From assembly GCA_000092065.1 (NCBI GenBank), contig CP000597.1: 64,000 nucleotides of DNA; one strand, given 5' to 3'. Shown here piece by piece: positions 58,267 to 64,000 of the stretch. Every line of letters begins with the position of its first letter. The first letter of the stretch is position 1. The notes below the pieces were generated by a model, which was not told the origin of the DNA, did no database searches, and saw only the letters and a program-made list of their open reading frames with translations. Source of the DNA: Ostreococcus lucimarinus (Eukaryota). A program made the translations under genes and the position numbers.

Positions 58267-60222
58267 TCAGACGCACGGACAAATGTTTGTGCAGTCGGCG
58301 TGCGCCGCGGCGTACGTGCACGACGCCGGGAGATGGCCGTGAGACGGGCTCAAGAAGCACCGTCCAGAAAGCGCGGAAACGCCACCGCAGTGCTGTGTCT
58401 CGTCGTTGAGCAAGATTTCGTCGCACGCCACGATGTTTCCAGAGCCGTCTGCGCTCGTCGTCCTGGAGATGACGTCGCGGAAATCATTCATAGTGCTCGG
58501 CCACACGTGTTCGGCGCACGTCTTCTGAACCTCGGCGCATCGGGATTCGCACGTTTGCAACGATCCAAACTTGGTTTGAGTCCACTCGATACCGTTCGCC
58601 GTGAGGCGTTGATCGGCCGGGATCGCCTCGACCGGGCCAGATTCTTCCATGGCGCCCATGCCGGCGGCGGCAAACCGGTTAGGATCGACGTTCGCCTTCG
58701 GCGGTTGCGGCGGTTGTTCCACTAGCACCGGCTGTTCCATCAACACCGGTTGCTCCACTTGCGCCGGTTGCTCCACTTGCTCGCCGTAATGATCGTTGTC
58801 GTATTCGCGATCTTGGTATTCGTCCGTCGCCTGCACCACCGGCGCCGTGGACTCCAACGTCGGCTGCGTTTCCACGGGCGGCATCACCGGTGCCGTGGAC
58901 GACGCTTCTACCGGGTTCATCGGAACTTCGGGTAAACCGCCTTGTTCGCACCCGGTGACACCGTAATGGTCGCACACGCACTGAGTGCACGTTTCCCATC
59001 CGTCTTCGTAGCTGATGGATGGATCTTGGTGATCCGTCTTGCAAAATCGACAAGCGCTGTCAGCGTAGCAACCTTGGCCGCCCTCGGTCAGGCATCGCTT
59101 ATCGTACATCAAGTACAAAATCTTGCTATCGCACGTGTTATAGTTGCACGTGAGACCTAAAGCGGCGGAAGCAGTGGACGACGCCGTCAAGAAGCTCGAC
59201 GCCAGTCCTTCGTCTGTCACCTCCGCCACCTGCGGCTCGCTCGAGAATTGTTGCGCAGGCGCCGCTTGCGGTATGTCTGAGAATTCATCATACGCTTGCG
59301 CGGCTTGCACCGGCGCCGCTTGCACCACGGTTGAGGATTGCTCGAGCGTCGGCGTGGCTTGCACCGGCGCCGTCGTTGGCGTGGCTTGCACCGGCGCCGT
59401 CGTCGGCGTGGATTCCAAACCTTCCGGCGTCGGCATCCCCGCGCATCCAGTGCTGAAACCATAATGCTCGCACACGCACGGGTCACAAAGACCCATAGAG
59501 TCCGGAATATCGTTCATACCGCCTTGTTTTTCCATCCCGAGCACGCGGCAGAACCGGCACCCGCTGTCGCCCACGCAACCGATGCCCCCGTTCGCGCACG
59601 CCGGATCGACGTGCTGGAACTTATCTGGACACATGGCCGCGTCGCACGTCGCGCCTTCGGCGATCAACGCCGCGGCACCGTCGACGCCTGAACCCGCGAT
59701 GGGCGTCGAGACGATGCCTGAGCCGACGGCCGCCGCGCCGCTCGCCGCCGCGCCGCTCGCCGCCGCGCCGCTCGAGAAACCGATCGACGAAGACTTAAAA
59801 TTCTCCGCCTCATCCTTGAAAAACTGCGGCACGTCGCCGAGCGCACCGCTGTCCACGTCGTGCGTTCTCGACACCCTCCTCGATCGCTCGGATTCGCTCG
59901 CCGTGTTCCACGCTTCGCCCTCCAACAGCGGATTCGACGCCCCGAGCTCCGTCAGCGCCCCGTCGCGTCTCGCCCCGCCCAACCGCGCCACCGTCTCCTT
60001 CGCTCGGTACCGCCGCGTCAGATCATCGCGAGTTTTCTCATCCAAATCCAACACCGTTCCCTCGTACGCCGCTCCCTCGACCCGTCGCACGCTTCGCTTC
60101 CCCAGCGCCGCGTTCGCGTTCGCGTTCGCGTTCGCCGTCGTCTCCCGCCCCCCCATCGCCGCCATCATCGCCATCATCCCCAGCGACGCCATCGCCGCGC
60201 TCGCCATCGTCCGTCGGTTCAT
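58267..60222 (-). CDS. Cys-rich modular secreted/surface protein: signal-anchor, two paralogous about 70-aa Cys-rich modules separated by mucin-like T/P/A/Q linkers, and a distinct C-terminal Cys-rich domain
   Basis: N-terminus MNRRTMASAAMASLGMMAMMAAMGG (hydrophobic). Module 1 CDAAMCPDKFQHVDPACANGGIGCVGDSGCRFCRV..CDPCVCEHYGFSTGC and module 2 CNYNTCDSKILYLMYDKRCLTEGGQGCYADSACRFCKT..CTQCVCDHYGVTGC share the Cys spacing. Linkers TPTTAPVQATPTTAPVQATPTLEQ and EQPVLMEQPVLVEQP. Start at internal ATG 60222. Confidence 0.55.
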   Translation of the reverse strand: MNRRTMASAAMASLGMMAMMAAMGGRETTANANANANAALGKRSVRRVEGAAYEGTVLDLDEKTRDDLTRRYRAKETVARLGGARRDGALTELGASNPLLEGEAWNTASESERSRRVSRTHDVDSGALGDVPQFFKDEAENFKSSSIGFSSGAAASGAAASGAAAVGSGIVSTPIAGSGVDGAAALIAEGATCDAAMCPDKFQHVDPACANGGIGCVGDSGCRFCRVLGMEKQGGMNDIPDSMGLCDPCVCEHYGFSTGCAGMPTPEGLESTPTTAPVQATPTTAPVQATPTLEQSSTVVQAAPVQAAQAYDEFSDIPQAAPAQQFSSEPQVAEVTDEGLASSFLTASSTASAALGLTCNYNTCDSKILYLMYDKRCLTEGGQGCYADSACRFCKTDHQDPSISYEDGWETCTQCVCDHYGVTGCEQGGLPEVPMNPVEASSTAPVMPPVETQPTLESTAPVVQATDEYQDREYDNDHYGEQVEQPAQVEQPVLMEQPVLVEQPPQPPKANVDPNRFAAAGMGAMEESGPVEAIPADQRLTANGIEWTQTKFGSLQTCESRCAEVQKTCAEHVWPSTMNDFRDVISRTTSADGSGNIVACDEILLNDETQHCGGVSALSGRCFLSPSHGHLPASCTYAAAHADCTNICPCV

Positions 60223-61252
60223 CCGCAGTCCCTCCCCCGCGCCCTCGCTCGCGCCTCGCGCGTCTCGCGCGTCGTCGTCGTCGCTCTCGCGTCGTCGTCG
60301 CGCGTCCCGATCGTCGTCGCGTCGGCCCAGCAGCGACGCCGATTCCGACGCCCGCGCCGCATCGCGCGATCGCGCGTCGTCCGGTGCGCGCATGCTCGGC
60401 GCGCGCGTCGTCGTCGTCCGCGCCGTCGCGCGTCGTCGAGCGTCGCGCGATGCGAGACGGTACCACAACTTTAGTGTTGGCGAAACCACGAAATCCCGTC
60501 CCGCGCGCGTCACCGAACCCGATCGGCGTCGCCCGCCGTGTCTCTGGTATACGGGTACACGCACCGTTCTCATATGAACGCCGAGGTACTATAATACCTC
60601 TAATAACGCTCTATGAAAGGTGCGAGCGGGACGCCCGACCGACCCCTCGTGCGTGTCCGAATGTCCGATCGTCCCCGAATGTCCGAATATCCGAATAATC
60701 CCATCCGTATGCGCGAGCAGTCCGACGCGAAGACCGACCCAAGCGCGGCATCCATCCATCGATGCCCCACTCTTCGACGGCGATTCGCGACGCCGGTCGA
60801 CCCGTGGACGCCGCAGACGCCGACGGACGCCGCCGAGCGCGAAGAGCGGACGGTGTGCGACGCGAACACAACGCGACGACGCGACGACGCGAATCCGGAC
60901 GCGCGACGACGAGGACGCGCTCGAGCGCGCGCGAACGCTGACTGGACGCCGCGTCGGCGCGGCGCGCGACGAAGCGAACGCGCGATGGGGCTCGAGACGG
61001 CGCTGCTGAGGAACCACGAGCGGTTGGGGAAGATCGCGCTCACGGGAGGGTTCGCGTTCGGGTTCGCGTACACGACGAAGACGGGGACGAGTCCGCTCGC
61101 GGGATGGGGATGGACGCCGCGGACGCGCGAGGCGAGCGCGCGCGCGGCGACGGCGAACGATTGATGATTGTTGTTGTTGTAAAAAGAATGGGTTTGTACG
61201 CACGACGATGGCGCGCGGTGATCGACGCGCGCGGTTTGACTAGGGCTAAGAT

Positions 61253-61293
61253 GAACGAACGAACGAACGAACGAACGAATGAATGAATGAACG
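61253..61293. repeat. (GAAC)n/(GAAT)n microsatellite in the spacer downstream of the transporter gene
   Basis: Direct observation. Confidence 0.85.
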
Positions 61294-61362
61294 CGTCGGG
61301 GCGCGCCGGCGCCCTCGGCGGCGCGACGCGCGAGGAGAAATATTTCGACGTCTCGGACGCGC

Positions 61363-64000
61363 TCACGTCGACGCCGCGGTCGCGATCGCACCGCCGAGCT
61401 CGACGTCGGCGGTGGGTTCGATATCGGAACCGCGACGACGGTGGCGCGCGGCACGGGACCGAGCGGCGCGGTCGACGACGGCGGTCCACGCCGCGCGGAA
61501 CCCCACCGTGGTGGCGACGACGACGACGACGAAGGCGACGACGATGACGACGTACGGGATCCATATCGCGTCGTCGCCGACGCCTAAGACGACGATACTG
61601 ACGATCAAGAGCGTGATCTGCATGGGGAAACCAAATTTGATAAAGTCGGCGAACACGTAGCCGCCCGGGCCGTACACCATGAGGTTGGTTTGGTATCCGA
61701 AGGGCGACATGAAGGACGCCGAGGCGGCGAGCATGAGTAAGAAGGCCATCTTTTCGAGCGCGATGTTTTCAGATTCCGCGGCGCTGGCGGCGATGGGAAG
61801 CATCAAAGCCGCGGCGGCGTTGTTCGTCACGATGTTGGAGATCAAGAACGTGGCGAGGTAGACGGCGACGAGCAAGCCGATTTCACCCGTGTTCGTGACG
61901 CGACCCAACGCGACGAGTTTCTTCGCCACGGCTTCGGCGACGCCACTGTTTTGCATGGCGCGCGAAATTCCAAAAGCACCGGCGATGGTGACTATGACGT
62001 CCCATTTTATGGCGTTTCGAGCCTCTTGCTGCGTCAGAGTGCCAGAGGCGATCATCACAGCCGCCGCGAGCACCGCGGCGGTGAAGAGCTCCATGACGCC
62101 GGCGGTGTACAAACTAATCATTGCCAGCGCGCACAAGAGCGAGGGGATGAGTAATCGCAAACGAGGGGGCGTAGAATCGTCCAAAACACTGATCAGAGCG
62201 AACGCGCCCTGCGCCCGGGCGCTTTGTTTGAAATCTTCACCGGCGTCGAGTAAAAGCACGTCGCCGGGGTGCAAGACGACGTCGCCAATTCTTGAGTGCA
62301 CGCGCGCGCCCTCGCGATGGACGGCGATGACGACTGCGTTGAATCGCGTGCGAAATTTGATGTCTCGAATAGACTTACCGACCAAATCTCCAGTTTTCGC
62401 GACCACGGCTTGAATCAATCGACGGTCGTGACTGGAGATTTCGAGCTTGTCCACTTGGTCGCTCGAGTACGGCGCCAGCCCCGGAACCCGACGAAGACTG
62501 GCGATGGCGTTGGCGCCACCGGCGTACCACATCACGTCATTTGCTTCTAAAGGCTCACTCGGATCGATCACAGTGGTTCTGTCCGCGGGAGATTCAACCA
62601 TGGCGACGACAGCCGCTGCGCCGACGCTCACGATGGATCGCGTGCGCTCGATTGATACCAAAAACAAACCCGGCAACGACCGCAAGCCGCTCTCGACCGC
62701 CGTCTTGCCTATGAAATTCTTCGCCGTAGCTTCAATGCGCACGGCGATGAGGAACTCTTTCCCTGTGTTCATCGTTCCCGATCCATGACCGATGATTTCT
62801 AAATCCTCGCGAGTCTTCGCCAAGCGCTCGTCCTCCTCAACGACGACGTCTTCAGATTCCTCCAAGAGCTTGATCAAAGGTGAACTATCCTGCGCCTGTA
62901 ATACGAGAGTATCACCCACTTGAAAAATCAGCGCGTTTAGCTTACCCGGTGGCGCGCGACCGCCACGTTGCACAGCGATGATGGCGCCGCCGTACGTGAC
63001 GCGCAAATCCGCCTCTCCTGGAGTCTTTCCCACGAGCGATGACGTCGGTTTCACACTGCATCGAACGACGGATTGCCCGCGCCTTTTCACGGCTTCAATC
63101 CCAGTCACGGGTTCGAGTAAAGTTTTGATCACCGTCGTGATCTCCTCTTTCGTCGTGGTGTTTTGCAACACTTGCAAGCGCCAAATAGAAACCGATCGCG
63201 AACCCACCGCCGAAGCTTCGCAATGTAACAACTGCACACGCAAGCGATTCAACGCCTGCGAGATGTCGTGCAACAACCCGGGTCGATCGTTCGCACTAAT
63301 TCCGAGCACCATACGTCCAACGTGTTCGGGGTTATTTTGATCGGCATCGGGATCGACATCCACGGTCACCAACGGCGGCCCCAGGGCGGTTTCGCTCTCC
63401 TTGGCGCTAATCATCGCGTCACCGTCGCCGCGAGCTTCACCGAGAGCATTCTTCAGATTTTCGCCGTACATCCGCAACGCCTGAGCTTTGATCGCTCGTG
63501 CGGTGCCGTCGTCAGAATCACTGGCGCCACCAGAAGTATACGCGTTGCCGTCGGAGGATGAATACCCCGGGCTCAGCGGGAGCGCGCTCCCAGCGTCGCT
63601 CGAGTCTTGGTTCGATCCGTGCGATCTGCGAGGTCGAGCCTTTTGTCGACGCTTCCGCAAGGCATAAATTCCACCTTCCGATTCTTTGTAAATGGCGTGC
63701 GTGCGCGCGAGCTTTTGTAAATCCGCAATGCTGCTCGCCGAGTGCATGGCGACGACGTCCTTCTCGTCACCTCCGTCAAACGACGTCTCTCTCGCGCCTT
63801 CGTCTTCGTCTTCGTCGTACTCTTGCGTGATCGCCATCAACCCATACTCCGCGCACACCTTCCCGAGCGACTCGATCATCCCGGTAAAATACAAAATATC
63901 GCCCTGGTTCAGGATGAACTCTGGTCCGATGGCGCGCAACAACGCTTGGTTTCTGCGCACGCTCACCAGGTACAATCCCGGCAAACCTCGCAATCCGCTC
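61363..64000 (-). CDS. SLC13/DASS-superfamily anion transporter with two internal TrkA-C domains, SAC1/SLT-like Na+/sulfate transporter; 5'-truncated by the window end
   Basis: Two RCK_C/TrkA-C-like regulatory segments (..GDTLVLQAQDSSPLIKLLE.. and ..GDVLLLDAGEDFKQSARAQG..) sit between N- and C-terminal polytopic hydrophobic halves. This architecture is characteristic of Chlamydomonas SAC1/SLT1-3 and the bacterial CitT/YbiR-like DASS group. The ORF runs off the window at 63993 without an upstream stop. Confidence 0.6.
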   Translation of the reverse strand, partial: SGLRGLPGLYLVSVRRNQALLRAIGPEFILNQGDILYFTGMIESLGKVCAEYGLMAITQEYDEDEDEGARETSFDGGDEKDVVAMHSASSIADLQKLARTHAIYKESEGGIYALRKRRQKARPRRSHGSNQDSSDAGSALPLSPGYSSSDGNAYTSGGASDSDDGTARAIKAQALRMYGENLKNALGEARGDGDAMISAKESETALGPPLVTVDVDPDADQNNPEHVGRMVLGISANDRPGLLHDISQALNRLRVQLLHCEASAVGSRSVSIWRLQVLQNTTTKEEITTVIKTLLEPVTGIEAVKRRGQSVVRCSVKPTSSLVGKTPGEADLRVTYGGAIIAVQRGGRAPPGKLNALIFQVGDTLVLQAQDSSPLIKLLEESEDVVVEEDERLAKTREDLEIIGHGSGTMNTGKEFLIAVRIEATAKNFIGKTAVESGLRSLPGLFLVSIERTRSIVSVGAAAVVAMVESPADRTTVIDPSEPLEANDVMWYAGGANAIASLRRVPGLAPYSSDQVDKLEISSHDRRLIQAVVAKTGDLVGKSIRDIKFRTRFNAVVIAVHREGARVHSRIGDVVLHPGDVLLLDAGEDFKQSARAQGAFALISVLDDSTPPRLRLLIPSLLCALAMISLYTAGVMELFTAAVLAAAVMIASGTLTQQEARNAIKWDVIVTIAGAFGISRAMQNSGVAEAVAKKLVALGRVTNTGEIGLLVAVYLATFLISNIVTNNAAAALMLPIAASAAESENIALEKMAFLLMLAASASFMSPFGYQTNLMVYGPGGYVFADFIKFGFPMQITLLIVSIVVLGVGDDAIWIPYVVIVVAFVVVVVATTVGFRAAWTAVVDRAARSRAARHRRRGSDIEPTADVELGGAIATAAST

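Noticed and set aside
1-64000. Search for mobile elements, CRISPR arrays, rRNA/tRNA genes or a prokaryote-style defence/biosynthetic island
   Set aside because: No RT/integrase/transposase-like ORFs, no regularly spaced direct repeats with spacers, no tRNA-like cloverleaf terminal motifs and no operon-like co-oriented clusters were seen. The window is ordinary compact nuclear DNA apart from the subtelomeric structures reported

Overview
This window is the left end of a GC-rich eukaryotic nuclear chromosome (about 63-65% GC, strong GC3 codon bias), not a prokaryotic locus. It opens with about 19 copies of CCCTAAA, the C-strand of plant/green-algal TTTAGGG telomere repeats. Three degenerate telomere-associated 13-mers follow, then a compact gene array of roughly 30 protein-coding genes in 64 kb with intergenic spacers often under 200 bp.

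Most genes are single-exon, but at least three carry spliceosomal introns: a CWC16/YJU2-like gene (1 intron), an RGG-box gene (1 intron) and a SET2-class SET-domain gene with about 11 short introns. The density, GC content, telomere type and gene content fit a prasinophyte/Mamiellophyceae-like picoalga such as Micromonas or Ostreococcus; this is inference from composition and gene content only. Gene content includes plastid-redox proteins (NTRC, peroxiredoxin Q), a RAP-domain OPR protein, a SAC1/SLT-like TrkA-C sulfate transporter and an EML protein.

Recognisable products: RmlD-like reductase, Rubisco-LSMT-like SET protein, peroxiredoxin Q, ELMO-domain protein, an about 2,100-aa NBAS/Sec39-like protein, Trp/Tyr-permease-family transporter, GcvT/YgfZ-like folate-binding protein, CWC16/YJU2, Spc24-like kinetochore protein, RRP15, CCCH+KH zinc-finger protein, VMP1, NTRC (thioredoxin reductase plus thioredoxin), a SET2-class histone methyltransferase, magnesium-dependent phosphatase-1, tail-anchored TPR protein, a two-unit EML microtubule-associated protein, a 1,100-aa coiled-coil protein, tRNA m7G methyltransferase TrmB, CTF18, GNAT acetyltransferase, LARP1 (La motif plus DM15), an OPR/FASTK-like RAP-domain protein, an ACT-repeat protein, a Cys-rich modular secreted protein and the transporter cut by the window end.

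I found no mobile element, CRISPR array, rRNA or tRNA gene, and no discrete novel multi-gene system I can defend. The most unusual structures are:
- a 160-bp inverted duplication that copies the 3' end of the third gene to a position just inside the telomere, so that the two copies bracket the first three genes;
- an intron-dense SET gene whose AT-rich introns share a TAATTA / TTAATTA motif, in an otherwise intron-poor, GC-rich neighbourhood;
- interstitial telomere/telo-box motifs at gene boundaries.

Many long ORFs in the track are GC-frame artefacts antisense to real genes. Several track 'starts' are GTG/TTG, so I moved starts to the first in-frame ATG where noted.
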